Shown here piece by piece: positions 29,777 to 39,862 of a DNA stretch of 64,000 nucleotides. The notes beneath the pieces were generated by a model. It made no database searches and was not told where the DNA came from. It saw only the letters and a list, made by a program, of their open reading frames with translations. How positions within the stretch are numbered: the stretch's first letter is position 1; each line of letters begins with the position of its first letter. Source of the DNA: Pseudomonadota bacterium. GTDB taxonomy: Bacteria > Pseudomonadota > Alphaproteobacteria > Acetobacterales > Acetobacteraceae. The stretch spans positions 1,125 through 65,124 of the forward strand of contig JAJZFA010000059.1 of assembly GCA_021805565.1 (NCBI GenBank), written 5' to 3'. Position numbers and translations under genes: made by a program.

Positions 29777-30103
29777 ATGAAAATCCGACGTTTTCAGCGC
29801 GCCGTTTTGTTCGCTACACTGGGGGTTGCTGCTGTTTGGGTTTCCATCCCGACTCCCGCACAGGCATGGTGGCGTGGTGGATATGGCGGCTGGCGTGGGG
29901 GCGACCGATGCTGGCGATGCGGTTATGGGCCTCGCTGGGGCGGAGGCTTCGGCCCCGGTTTCGGTTTGGGCCTCGGCCTTGGCGTGCTGGGCGGAGCGGC
30001 GCTTGCACCGCCAGTCATCTACGCTCCGCCTCCAGTGGTTTATGCACCGCCGCCGGTCTATTATTATGGAGCGCCGTCCGTGGTGTACCCAGCCTACCGA
30101 TAG
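29777..30103 (+). CDS. Small secreted low-complexity protein (WWRGG / Gly-zipper / PPxVY)
   Basis: 108 aa. SD GGAGG lies 6 nt upstream. Signal peptide ending PTPAQA. The mature part is WWRGGYGGWRGG..., GFGLGLGLGVLGGAAL, then PPVIYAPPPVVYAPPPVYYYGAPSVVYPAYR. Confidence 0.5.
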   Translation: MKIRRFQRAVLFATLGVAAVWVSIPTPAQAWWRGGYGGWRGGDRCWRCGYGPRWGGGFGPGFGLGLGLGVLGGAALAPPVIYAPPPVVYAPPPVYYYGAPSVVYPAYR

Positions 30104-30864
30104 GGTGGCCTCCGCCTATCCGACGCCTGCCCGGCTGTCGGGACAGCGTGCCGGGCGAAGACCTGACACCTGTTCGGCTTAGGACACACTTGGACTAATC
30201 GGGCACATGGATGCCGGGCGTGTCTGTTCTGGGCACACAGAGTTCGGCCACTACCGTTTGCGATGACGATGGACAGTTCAATGGCCGTTCATCGTCACGT
30301 TAAGATCGCGTACGGCCCAGCGATCGGCGCAGGTCCTATCGTTACGCGAATCGCGCGCTGCACGGCTTTGGATACCAAACAGGCGCACCACTGGGGGGCG
30401 CACCTGTAAGGATCCGGCGCGATCGACGAGCGACCAACACCTAAACATCGTCCCCGATCGTTCGATTCGGTGTCAACTGTTATTGACAATACGCACCGGG
30501 CAATCGGGCGAGTCCCGTCAGAATTGGCGTTTCATTGCGTCATCGCTGGGTTTGGTTCGGCCATCCGTGCCTTCGGGTTACGAATGCAAGACAGTCGGGG
30601 ACGGGCGGTCCCGGCCCGATCATGAATCAGGACAAAAAATAGGCATCCGAGCACAATTTTAGAACGGGGCATTGTTTAACCGCCATCGAACACATGGGTC
30701 ATACCCCGCTCAGCAAAGCGCCCGGCAAGACTGTCCAGCGAAGCACGCGAAGGGCCTCCGCCTGAAAACCTTCGCCTAATTCCCCTGCGCCGACGGGCTC
30801 CTTTCAGTGCCATCCCGCACATCGTCTTGACCGGGCACAGCCATGCTCTAGAAGCCCGATGAGC

Positions 30865-30870
30865 AAGGAG
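30865..30870 (+). promoter_or_regulatory. Shine-Dalgarno of trpB
   Basis: AAGGAG lies 5 nt upstream of the GTG start at 30876. Confidence 0.6.
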
Positions 30871-30875
30871 AGCCT

Positions 30876-32102
30876 GTGTTGAATATCGCATCCCCGATTC
30901 CAAACAGCCTGCGTACCGGCCCAAACGAGCGGGGCCGATTCGGCGAGTTCGGTGGCCGTTTCGTGGCGGAAACGCTGATGCCGCTGGTTTTGGCAGTCGA
31001 GCACGCTTACGCCGCCGCCAGAGCCGACCCCGCTTTCGATGCCGACCTTAGGCACCACCTAAAACATTACGTTGGCCGCCCAAGTCCCTTGTGGTTCGCC
31101 GAACGGCTGACCCGCCAACTCGGTGGGGCAAAAATCTATTTTAAGCGCGATGAACTAAACCACACCGGCAGCCATAAGGCCAATAACTGCATGGGGCAGA
31201 TTCTGCTGGCTCGGCGCATGGGCAAGACGCGGATCATCGCCGAAACCGGCGCCGGGCAGCACGGTGTCGCCACCGCCACGATGTGTGCGTTGTTCGGCCT
31301 GCCCTGCACGATTTACATGGGTGCCACCGATGTCGAGCGGCAATCCCCCAACGTGTTCCGCATGAAGCTGCTGGGGGCGGAAGTGAAAGCGGTCACGTCT
31401 GGCGCCGGCACGCTGAAGGACGCGATGAACGAGGCAATGCGCGACTGGGTCGCCAATGTCGGCGATACCTATTACCTTATTGGCACAGTCGCCGGCCCGC
31501 ATCCGTATCCGATGATGGTACGCGACTTCCAGTCGGTGATCGGCGAAGAAGCCAAGATGCAGCTTCAGGAAGCCGAGGGCCGTCTGCCCGACGCCGCCGT
31601 CGCCTGTATCGGTGGCGGATCGAATGCGATGGGCCTGTTCCATCCCTTCCTGGACGACGCTTCGGTACGCCTGATCGGAGTGGAGGCCGGCGGCCATGGC
31701 ATCGCAACCGGCGAACACGCCGCCAGCCTGACCGGCGGACGGCCCGGCGTGCTGCATGGCAACCGCACCTACCTGCTGCAAGACGACGACGGCCAGATCA
31801 TTGAGGGGCACAGCATCTCCGCCGGTCTCGATTACCCCGGCGTCGGCCCCGAACATTCCTGGCTGCACGATATCGGCCGCGTCGAATACGTGTCCGCCAC
31901 CGACCAGGAGGCACTGGCGGCGTTCCAGCTTTGCACGCGCACAGAAGGCATCATTCCGGCGCTGGAGCCGGCGCACGCGCTGGCCCACGTCGCCAGACTG
32001 GCGCCCGCGATGAAACCCGATGAGATCATTCTGATGAACCTCTGCGGGCGCGGCGACAAAGACATCTTCGCCGTCGCCGACCATCTGGGGGTGAAGCTGT
32101 GA
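30876..32102 (+). CDS. trpB: Tryptophan synthase beta chain
   Basis: 408 aa. PLP-lysine context [11 protein letters not shown] and [11 protein letters not shown] start. Confidence 0.97.
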   Translation: MLNIASPIPNSLRTGPNERGRFGEFGGRFVAETLMPLVLAVEHAYAAARADPAFDADLRHHLKHYVGRPSPLWFAERLTRQLGGAKIYFKRDELNHTGSHKANNCMGQILLARRMGKTRIIAETGAGQHGVATATMCALFGLPCTIYMGATDVERQSPNVFRMKLLGAEVKAVTSGAGTLKDAMNEAMRDWVANVGDTYYLIGTVAGPHPYPMMVRDFQSVIGEEAKMQLQEAEGRLPDAAVACIGGGSNAMGLFHPFLDDASVRLIGVEAGGHGIATGEHAASLTGGRPGVLHGNRTYLLQDDDGQIIEGHSISAGLDYPGVGPEHSWLHDIGRVEYVSATDQEALAAFQLCTRTEGIIPALEPAHALAHVARLAPAMKPDEIILMNLCGRGDKDIFAVADHLGVKL

Positions 32103-32914
32103 GCCGTATCGCCGCCAGGTTCGCCGAACTGAAACGCCAGGGCCGGGGCGCGCTGATCCCGTTCCTGGAAGCCTGGGATCCGGATCGCACAACCTCCATG
32201 GCGCTGTTGCGCGGCATGCCTGAAGCCGGCGCCGACCTGATCGAGATCGGCATGCCGTTCACGGACCCAATGGCGGATGGGCCGATTATCCAGGCGGCCG
32301 GAAAGCGCGGCCTGGCCGCCGGCGTCAAGGTCGCCGACGTGCTGACCATGGTGCGCGACTTCCGTATGGACGACCGGCAAACCCCTGTGATTCTGATGGG
32401 CTATCTGAACCCTATCCTGTCTTACGGCATCGAACGCTTTTGCACCGATGCCGGTCAGGCTGGCGTGGACGGGCTGATTATCGTGGACCTTCCCACCGAG
32501 GAAGCCGACATGCTGCTCCCTTACAGCAACGCCAATGGGATTGATTTCATTCGGTTGATCGCACCGACAACAGACGATGCGCGCCTGCCGCATGTGCTGA
32601 ACGGCGGTTCCGGCTTCGTCTATTACGTCAGCATTACCGGCATCACCGGCACGAGAAGCGCTACAGCCGAGGATCTGGCGACGGCAATGCCGCGTCTTCG
32701 CCAGGCAACACAATTGCCGGTCGCCATCGGATTCGGGGTAAGGACGCCAGAACAGGCGGGGGCGGCGTCGCGGATCGCCGACGCCGCGGTGGTGGCATCG
32801 GCGTTGATCGATACGTTGTCGGCTCATTTGGATGCGGATGGGCAGGCTTTGCCGGGTGCGGTGGACGCGGTGCTGAACCAGGTTCGGGCACTGGCGGTTG
32901 CGGTGCGGCGCTAA
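32099..32914 (+). CDS. trpA: Tryptophan synthase alpha chain
   Basis: 271 aa. [17 protein letters not shown] motif. 4-nt overlap with the trpB stop. Confidence 0.95.
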   Translation: MSRIAARFAELKRQGRGALIPFLEAWDPDRTTSMALLRGMPEAGADLIEIGMPFTDPMADGPIIQAAGKRGLAAGVKVADVLTMVRDFRMDDRQTPVILMGYLNPILSYGIERFCTDAGQAGVDGLIIVDLPTEEADMLLPYSNANGIDFIRLIAPTTDDARLPHVLNGGSGFVYYVSITGITGTRSATAEDLATAMPRLRQATQLPVAIGFGVRTPEQAGAASRIADAAVVASALIDTLSAHLDADGQALPGAVDAVLNQVRALAVAVRR

Positions 32915-33069
32915 GGCAACTTTGCCAGCGCTGCCATACGCCGTGCGCGGCAATTATCGCTTCGGATCGCGACGCCGAGCATACCCCAAGCCTTTATGTA
33001 AGCGGGCATCGTCAGCGGAGTGCCGACGCGCTTATGGCCGATGCTGCCCTTAGGGTGTAAAGCGTCCCG

Positions 33070-34875
33070 ATGCCTCCTCCCCTTCTCGTTCTGCAAGATA
33101 TCGCCCTGACGTTCGGCGCCGCGCCGCTATTGGCCGGCGCCGGGCTGTCGGTGTCGTCCGGCGACCGCATTTGCCTGGTCGGGCGCAACGGTTCCGGCAA
33201 ATCGACCCTGCTGCGCATCGCCGCCGGCCTCGTGCCGCGGGATTCCGGCCGGCGGTTTGCCCAGCCCGGCGCGACCATTCGCTACCTTCCGCAGGAACCC
33301 GATTTTGCCGGCTTCGCCACCACGCTCGCCTATGTCGAGGCGGGGCTCGGCGATGCCGGCACGGACCGGTACCGAGCGGCTTATTTGCTGGAACAACTGG
33401 GGCTAACAGGCGAGGAGGATCCGGCAAAATTGTCCGGCGGCGAGGCCAGGCGCACCGCGCTGGCCCGTGTGCTCGCGCCCGAACCGGACATTCTGCTGCT
33501 GGACGAACCGACCAACCATCTCGATCTGCCCGGCATCGAATGGTTGGAACAGGAACTGTCCGGTATGCGGTCCGGCATCGTCACGATCAGCCATGACAGG
33601 CGCCTGCTGGAGCGGCTGTCGCGAGCCACCGTGTGGCTGGATCGCGGCGTCACGCGCGTTCTGGACCAGGGGTTCGCGCAGTTTGAGACGTGGCGCGACC
33701 AAATCCTGGAGCAGGAAGAACTCGACCGTCACAAGACCGGCCGCAAGATACTCATGGAGGAAGACTGGGTCCGCTATGGTGTGTCCGGCCGGCGCAAACG
33801 CAATCAAAAGCGTCTGGGCGATCTGCATGCCTTGCGGAAGAAGCACAAGGAACAGCGAGCTGCCGTCGGCAAGGTAAAGATGGCGGCAGCCGAAGCGGAC
33901 CTGTCCGGCCGGCTGGTCATCGTGGCGGACGACATTTCCAAATCGTTCGGCGACCGCGCTGTCGTGCGGGATTTCTCGGCACGCGTCATCCGTGGCGACC
34001 GTGTTGGAATCGCCGGCCGGAACGGTGCAGGCAAGACGACGCTGCTGAATATGCTGACCGGTAAGCTGATCCCCGATACCGGCGATGTGAAGTTGGGCAC
34101 CAATCTGGCCGAGGTGGAACTGGACCAGCGACGCGATACGCTGGATCCGAACCTGACTTTGTCGCAGACGCTGACCGGAGGAGCGGGACACACGGTCACG
34201 GTCGGCGGGCAGAATCGCCATGTCGTCAGCTACATGAAGGATTTCCTGTTCGGGCCGGAACAGGCGAACACCCCGGTCGGCGTGCTGTCGGGCGGGGAGC
34301 GCGGGCGGCTGACCCTGGCGCGCGCGTTCGCCACTCCGTCCAACTTGATGGTGCTGGACGAACCCACCAACGACCTGGATTTGGAAACGCTGGAATTGTT
34401 GCAGGAACGTCTGGCGGAATACGCGGGCACCGTGCTGCTGGTCAGCCACGACCGCGATTTCCTGGACCGCGTGGTAACGTCCGTCATCGCCACCGAGGGC
34501 GACGGCCGGTGGATCGAATATGCCGGCGGCTATTCCGACATGCTGCTGCAACGCGGGCCGGCCAAAACATTGGCCGATGCGCCCGGCGGCCGAACGCGCG
34601 GGTCGCGCAACGGCGGGGCCGCCAAATCCCGGAGTCGGAAAATGACCTTCAAGGATAAGCACGCCCTGGAAACGCTGCCCGTCCGCATGGCGGAACTGGA
34701 GCGGGAAATGGCCCGCCTCAACCGCACCTTGTCCGATCCCGGCCTCTATCTGCGCCAGCCCGCCCAATTCGCCGCGGCGACGCAGGCGCTGGACGCGGCC
34801 CAGACGGCGATGCAACGGGCCGAGGAGCAATGGCTGGAGTTGGAGATGCAGCGGGAGGCGCTGGAAGGAGCCTGA
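33070..34875 (+). CDS. uup: ABC-F family ATPase (Uup-like)
   Basis: Two ABC cassettes (GRNGSGKST, LSGGEARR, LLLDEPTNHLD; GRNGAGKTT, LSGGERGR, MVLDEPTNDLD), no TM domain, and a C-terminal coiled-coil tail. Confidence 0.92.
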   Translation: MPPPLLVLQDIALTFGAAPLLAGAGLSVSSGDRICLVGRNGSGKSTLLRIAAGLVPRDSGRRFAQPGATIRYLPQEPDFAGFATTLAYVEAGLGDAGTDRYRAAYLLEQLGLTGEEDPAKLSGGEARRTALARVLAPEPDILLLDEPTNHLDLPGIEWLEQELSGMRSGIVTISHDRRLLERLSRATVWLDRGVTRVLDQGFAQFETWRDQILEQEELDRHKTGRKILMEEDWVRYGVSGRRKRNQKRLGDLHALRKKHKEQRAAVGKVKMAAAEADLSGRLVIVADDISKSFGDRAVVRDFSARVIRGDRVGIAGRNGAGKTTLLNMLTGKLIPDTGDVKLGTNLAEVELDQRRDTLDPNLTLSQTLTGGAGHTVTVGGQNRHVVSYMKDFLFGPEQANTPVGVLSGGERGRLTLARAFATPSNLMVLDEPTNDLDLETLELLQERLAEYAGTVLLVSHDRDFLDRVVTSVIATEGDGRWIEYAGGYSDMLLQRGPAKTLADAPGGRTRGSRNGGAAKSRSRKMTFKDKHALETLPVRMAELEREMARLNRTLSDPGLYLRQPAQFAAATQALDAAQTAMQRAEEQWLELEMQREALEGA

Positions 34876-35149
34876 GCCGGATGCGGCACTGCGTTCGGAT
34901 TCCCGATACCGCGCCATGCTCGGGAGTGCCCGGAGCGATGCGTCTGACAATGGCGGCGACGCCGGCGGCGACCGCGCGCTGGCGCCGGTGGGGCTTGCCT
35001 CCGCGGACGATGGAACGATTGCCGTCTGTGTTCGCCTGACGGCGGCACGGGCAATAAGGGTTTCGGCACACCGATGAAACCGCTCGAAAAGGCAAAATCC
35101 CAGGGCATGTTCCACGCCGCGATCCGGAGCGACGATCGTTGAACTTGCC

Positions 35150-35869
35150 TTACCGTTGAAACCGCAAATCCAACCCGCGCGCGATCCAGCCGGCCTCTAT
35201 CGCATCCAGATCGGCCAATCCGGACGGGTTTGCCTTCGACGGCGCAGCGCTCTGGCGGGGTGCGGCTTCGGCTTTCCACAGCGACAGCAGGCGCCGCAAC
35301 TCCCGCAGCGGTTCGGCGTGGTCGTCCACCCGCAGATCGAGATCGGGAAAGTCTTCGGTCGTCGCCATCGTCATGGCGGCGGATTGTTTGCCGCGCCGGT
35401 CGCCGCCCGCGGCTTCGCCCGCTTCCATCGCGGCCATCAGGCGATCCGGCATCGGGGTACCGCTGGCCGCGGTCCAGGCGGCGAGGGTTGCCGCGACCAC
35501 CGGTTGCCCGGTCAGCATGTTGCCCGCGACACTGATTCCGCCGGCGGAGACGGCTCCGCACCATGTCACGCAGTTGCCGCCGGTCCACGCGGCGGTGCGT
35601 CCGTATCGGTCCACCGCATGGACCTGACGTATGCCGCGCCCCAGGTCCCCCGCCAGGGCCCCTTCGATCGCCGCCGCCGGGCCCAGGCCGCGCGCCATGG
35701 CGTCCAGGATTGCCGGCCCTAAATACCGGTTGGTCAGCGACTGGGTCGAAACCGCGCCAACGCCGGCCCGAACGAACGGGCACGAGGCGCCAACCGCGAA
35801 CGCCCTGGTGGCGACCGCCACGGCGAAGGCGCCGGCATCCGGATCGTAAGCAACGATGGACCAGGTCAT
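35150..35869 (-). CDS. DUF1028-family (Ntn-hydrolase-like) protein
   Basis: The N-terminus MTWSIVAYDPDAGAFAVAVATRAFAVGASCPF is typical of DUF1028 proteins as I recall them. 239 aa. Confidence 0.78.
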   Translation of the reverse strand: MTWSIVAYDPDAGAFAVAVATRAFAVGASCPFVRAGVGAVSTQSLTNRYLGPAILDAMARGLGPAAAIEGALAGDLGRGIRQVHAVDRYGRTAAWTGGNCVTWCGAVSAGGISVAGNMLTGQPVVAATLAAWTAASGTPMPDRLMAAMEAGEAAGGDRRGKQSAAMTMATTEDFPDLDLRVDDHAEPLRELRRLLSLWKAEAAPRQSAAPSKANPSGLADLDAIEAGWIARGLDLRFQR

Positions 35870-36018
35870 GGCGAGCTCCGTGAGGCAGTGTTAGCATAGC
35901 GGGGGAGTACACATCATGGACAGCCAGAAGTTTTTTTCGGGACTGTACGATCCATCGCCGAACCCGCGCCGTAAAGAAGACGCATCCAAATTGACGATGC
36001 TTTTTCCGGGAGACCCCA

Positions 36019-36591
36019 ATGTCAACGCGTGTTGTTTCTTTCTTAATCGCCGGCCTCGCGATCGGCGGTCTGGCAACCCTTCCCGTCATGGCGCAAGGTG
36101 CGGCCGCCGATACTGTCATGGTCGGCGGTGCGCCGATGTATCCGTCAAAAAATATCGTTGAAAACGCGGTGAATTCGAAAGATCACACGACCCTTGTCGC
36201 CGCCGTGAAAGCCGGCGGTCTGGTCGATACCCTGGAAAGCGCGGGTCCGTTTACCGTGTTCGCCCCGACCAACGAAGCGTTCGACAAGTTGCCGCCCGGA
36301 ACGGTCGCAACGCTGGTGAAGCCGGAAAACAAAGCGACACTGGTGAAGATCCTGACCTATCATGTGGTGTCTGGCAAATACACCGCGGCCGATCTGATGA
36401 AGATGGTGAAGGCCGGCGGCGGTAAGGCGATGCTGAAATCCGTCGAGGGCGAGCCGCTGACCATCAGCGAGAATGGATCGAAGCTGTTTATCAGCGGCGA
36501 GCAAAGCGGTGTCGGCGAAGTGACGATACCGAATGTCATGCAATCGAATGGCGTAATCCACGTGATTAATTCTGTCGTTCTTCCGAACTAA
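36019..36591 (+). CDS. Fasciclin (FAS1) domain secreted protein
   Basis: Signal peptide, then TLVAAVKAGGLVDTLESAGPFTVFAPTNEAFDKLP and NGVIHVINSVVLP FAS1 motifs. Confidence 0.88.
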   Translation: MSTRVVSFLIAGLAIGGLATLPVMAQGAAADTVMVGGAPMYPSKNIVENAVNSKDHTTLVAAVKAGGLVDTLESAGPFTVFAPTNEAFDKLPPGTVATLVKPENKATLVKILTYHVVSGKYTAADLMKMVKAGGGKAMLKSVEGEPLTISENGSKLFISGEQSGVGEVTIPNVMQSNGVIHVINSVVLPN

Positions 36592-36602
36592 CGATATGAA
36601 GG

Positions 36603-36648
36603 CGGACAGTTACCCGATGGCGTTGCCCGCCGGGTTTCTGTCCGTTTT
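36603..36648 (+). terminator. Possible rho-independent terminator after the fasciclin gene
   Basis: CGGACAG (36603-36609) pairs with CTGTCCG (36638-36644) and is followed by TTTT. The loop is long with an internal ACCCG/CGGGT pair, so this is only moderately convincing. Confidence 0.35.
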
Positions 36649-36789
36649 CCGTCACGCTGCCAAGGGCGCCGGATTGGCGCTTTATGTATTTTTATGAAGT
36701 TTCAGTTCGGGGCGACCGGCGGCGGAACGCCCGCGCCGCGCCAGTGCGCCGCCGATCCCGTGTCTTACCCAAAACGCCTGCCGGCCGGA

Positions 36790-38502
36790 TTATGGCGCTA
36801 CACGAATTTCGACCAGTGCCTGGGTTCGGGTGACCGCGATGTGTTCGATCGCCGCCGCCAGCACGCCGGGCAGATCGCCGGACACGTCCACCCGCGCCGT
36901 CCATGCCCGGCTGGCCGCCGCGATCTTGGTAAAGTCGGGCGAGGGGTCCAGCGAAACCAGCGGCATTTGGTTGGTACGGGACGCATAGCCGTCGGGGTAG
37001 GTGCCCAGCACCGACTTACGCACCGCACCCCACTCGCAATTGTTCAACACCAACACCAGCACGGGCAGGTTCATTGCTTCCGCGATCTGGTGGCAGGCTA
37101 CCGGGTTGGCAAACATATAGGATCCATCGCCCATGGTCGCGACGACAAGCCGGTTCGGCCGAGCGAGTTGGATGCCCAGGGCGGCGGGGAAGGACCAGCC
37201 GAGACCGCCGGAATGGGGCTCCTGAAACCAGCTTTGAGGACCGTACAAAGTCAGCGGATCGAACGGACAGCCAAGCTCGGACAGGATTGTCGCGTCGCGC
37301 CCCGGCAGGGCGCGGGACAGACACAGGCTGACCCAGGCCTTGGTCATTTGACTGCCATCGCCGTCCTGGCCGGCGGCTCGCTCGACCGTGGCGCGCAGGC
37401 GTTCGGCCGTGGTGGCCACGCGCGCATGTCGATCCGCCCGCTTCGCTGTGTGTTCGGCCAAATGCGGCCGCATGGCGGATGCAAGGCCTGGAATAATATC
37501 CTCCAACTCCCCCGCCAGCGACAGGTCGGCGGGGAAGTGCCGTACTGGAAAGCGACTGTACAGCGGGTCGGGACCGGCCTGGATCACCAGGCAATCCGGC
37601 GCAAGCCGGTGAATGTCCGGCGACCACGGGGCGAGACAATCCAGCACCAGAACCACGTCGGCTTCGCTGAGCCAGGGTGCGGGGTCCGATCCGGCCGCCA
37701 TCGGGTGATCGGACGCGATCGCAAGCTGAATCGCCCAGTACTGCACGACGGGAATGCCCCATTCCTCCGCCAGGGCGGATAGGCTTGCAAACCCTTCCTC
37801 CGATCCGGCACCGCGTTGCGCCAGGATGAGGGGGTTGCGCGCACCCGCCAGCATCGCGGCGGCGCGATCCAGCTCCGCGGCCGGCGGGACGATTGAAACC
37901 GGGGCGATCCGGCTGGGTTCGGCCAGGGCGTCCGACGGGCAAGGACCGCACAATACCTCGCGCGGCAGGCTGACATAGACGGGACCGCGCGGCGTGGAGC
38001 AAGCGATGGCATAGGCCCTGTCCACGATGTCTGGCGCTTGTTCGGGGAATCGCAATTCGTAGTCCCATTTCACCGCCTCGCGGATCAATGCCGATTGGTC
38101 GCGCATTTCCTGGCCCCAGCCGATCGGAACCGTGCGCGCACCCAGGCGGCCCTGTTCCAGCGTGGGTGTGCGGCCCGAAAACAGCAGGACCGGAACATGT
38201 TCGGTCGCCATGTTAATGGCGCCGATGGCACAATTCGCCAGCCCGACATTGGTATGCGCCATGACAGCCTGGGCACGGCCGGTCGCCAGATAATAGCCAT
38301 GCGCCATGCCCATCGCCGCGTGTTCGTGCGGGATTACAATGGCTTTCGGCAGGTCGATATCCTTGGCGCTTGCCTCTGCCAGCCCTTCGATGATCGGTGG
38401 AAAATCGGTTCCTGAATTGGCGAAAATATAATCGACGCCCACGGCCTTGAGGCGGGCCAGAAGGGCGCCGCCGGCGGTGATCGTTGCGGCGTGTCGCGGC
38501 AT
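36790..38502 (-). CDS. Thiamine-pyrophosphate-dependent enzyme, acetolactate-synthase-like, unknown substrate
   Basis: N-terminal TPP-Pyr domain (GVDYIFANSGTDFPPIIEGL) and C-terminal TPP-binding GGLGWSFPAALG...GDGSYMFANP...NN. The ATG at 38502 is preceded by GGAGGAG. Confidence 0.85.
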   Translation of the reverse strand: MPRHAATITAGGALLARLKAVGVDYIFANSGTDFPPIIEGLAEASAKDIDLPKAIVIPHEHAAMGMAHGYYLATGRAQAVMAHTNVGLANCAIGAINMATEHVPVLLFSGRTPTLEQGRLGARTVPIGWGQEMRDQSALIREAVKWDYELRFPEQAPDIVDRAYAIACSTPRGPVYVSLPREVLCGPCPSDALAEPSRIAPVSIVPPAAELDRAAAMLAGARNPLILAQRGAGSEEGFASLSALAEEWGIPVVQYWAIQLAIASDHPMAAGSDPAPWLSEADVVLVLDCLAPWSPDIHRLAPDCLVIQAGPDPLYSRFPVRHFPADLSLAGELEDIIPGLASAMRPHLAEHTAKRADRHARVATTAERLRATVERAAGQDGDGSQMTKAWVSLCLSRALPGRDATILSELGCPFDPLTLYGPQSWFQEPHSGGLGWSFPAALGIQLARPNRLVVATMGDGSYMFANPVACHQIAEAMNLPVLVLVLNNCEWGAVRKSVLGTYPDGYASRTNQMPLVSLDPSPDFTKIAAASRAWTARVDVSGDLPGVLAAAIEHIAVTRTQALVEIRVAP

Positions 38503-38964
38503 ATCGGACTCCTCCGCCACAATGATCGCGTGTGGCTCCGGGATACCCTTAGCAGGTTGCGAAAAAGGACGAAACGATCCGCCGGACTACTGAATATAGA
38601 GGTCTGATAGGGTTAATTCCTCCACATTTGGTGCCTGACTGTCTTGCCGCGGGGATTTTTTAACAACCTGCCAGGGGGTAGCCGGCACTCATTCCAACGT
38701 CCATAAGAAGCGATCGCCGGTATCGTCTCTGTTTCGCCCGCCACCGCCCGCCAACCATGCCCGGAGCTTTTGTCTGGATTGCTACCAAGGCGCTTGCCCC
38801 CCATGAATGAAACCCATGGTATTGCTTTCCGGTTCGCGGCTGTGAGGCACAATTTCGCAACATGCGCTCATCCGATCGCCTTCTCGCGATTGCACGGCGT
38901 CTGTTTAGCGGGCAGCGTTATCGGCGTGCCAACGCAGTTACAGCCGCTGCTGCCCTGACCCGAG

Positions 38965-39501
38965 GTGTTCATGTCCATTGCCCGCACCCGTGCGAAGCGT
39001 ATCGTCCACGTCGCGATACTGGCGGGGTTTGCCGTGCTTTCGCCCGCATGGGCGGCGCCGACGGCCAGGATTATCCTGGCGGAGGCAGCCGGTGTGACGG
39101 TGTCCGATGCCTGGGCCCGCGCGACCGCCGGGGCGTCGGCCAATGGCGCTGCCTATGTCATGCTGATGGGCGGCCCGCTACCGGATCGGCTGGTTGCCGT
39201 CAGCACACCGGTCGCGGCTGCCGCACAGGTGCATGATACGGTCGAGGATCACGGTGTAATGCGCATGCGGCCAGTCGCCGAGGTGCCCATTCCGCCTAAC
39301 GGTATGGTGACATTCGCACCGGGAGGCCTGCATATCATGCTGACAGGTCTGAAACAGCCGCTGATCGCCGATCAGAGTTTCCCTTTGACATTGACATTCG
39401 CGCACGCGGCGACGGTGACGGTGGACGTGAAGATCAGGCCGCTGGGCAGCCGCCCGGGCCATGACGCGCCCGCCGATGGTTCTGGCGACATGAAAATGTA
39501 G
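38965..39501 (+). CDS. Periplasmic copper chaperone PCu(A)C (DUF461)
   Basis: Signal peptide. Motif HDTVEDHGVMRMRP...GGLHIMLTGL matches the H(M)x10Mx21HxM copper site of PCuAC proteins. Confidence 0.85.
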   Translation: MFMSIARTRAKRIVHVAILAGFAVLSPAWAAPTARIILAEAAGVTVSDAWARATAGASANGAAYVMLMGGPLPDRLVAVSTPVAAAAQVHDTVEDHGVMRMRPVAEVPIPPNGMVTFAPGGLHIMLTGLKQPLIADQSFPLTLTFAHAATVTVDVKIRPLGSRPGHDAPADGSGDMKM

Positions 39502-39654
39502 AAAATCGCCGGTTTTAATCCAGGCGCCATTCGGCACCGGCACGGGTGTTTGGCCACCGATCGGGCCAGGGCGCGGAAAAAGTCCCCGCCAACCGAACAA
39601 GGGCACACCGTGGATAAACATAATCCGCAACGAATGGCGCCCGCTCGACGCTGG

Positions 39655-39681
39655 TAACCGGTTCATTTTGCGTGCCGATCG
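39655..39681 (+). promoter_or_regulatory. Sigma-28 (FliA)-like promoter upstream of motB
   Basis: TAAC-N15-GCCGATCG against the consensus TAAA-N15-GCCGATAA. The -10 element ends about 180 nt upstream of the motB ATG. Sequence match only. Confidence 0.35.
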
Positions 39682-39862
39682 ACACGTCTGACGACTTTGT
39701 TCTGCGCGTTCGCCATCCTGCCATCGTATGCAGACCGGACTGGTCTTTACAATCGACTGGCTTTTCCACTGGTGGGTTTTTGCATGGGCCGGTGGAATTT
39801 CCGCCCTGGTTAGGACCTCGTTAACGTTTTCCGGTCATCGTGCGGTTCTCCGGAGGGCAACG

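Noticed and set aside
34876-35149. The 270-nt convergent gap between uup and the DUF1028 gene contains small Arg-rich ORFs (for example 34830-35039 + and 34718-35095 -).
   Set aside because: There are no start context, motifs or signal sequences, and the composition is typical of non-coding high-GC DNA.
38521-38964. The 440-nt divergent spacer between the TPP-dependent enzyme and the PCuAC gene was inspected for a TPP or other riboswitch.
   Set aside because: I could not find the conserved THI-box elements (CUGAGA / ACCUGAUCUGGAUAAUGCCAGCG-like) or any other riboswitch core I know. An Infernal scan would be needed to be sure.
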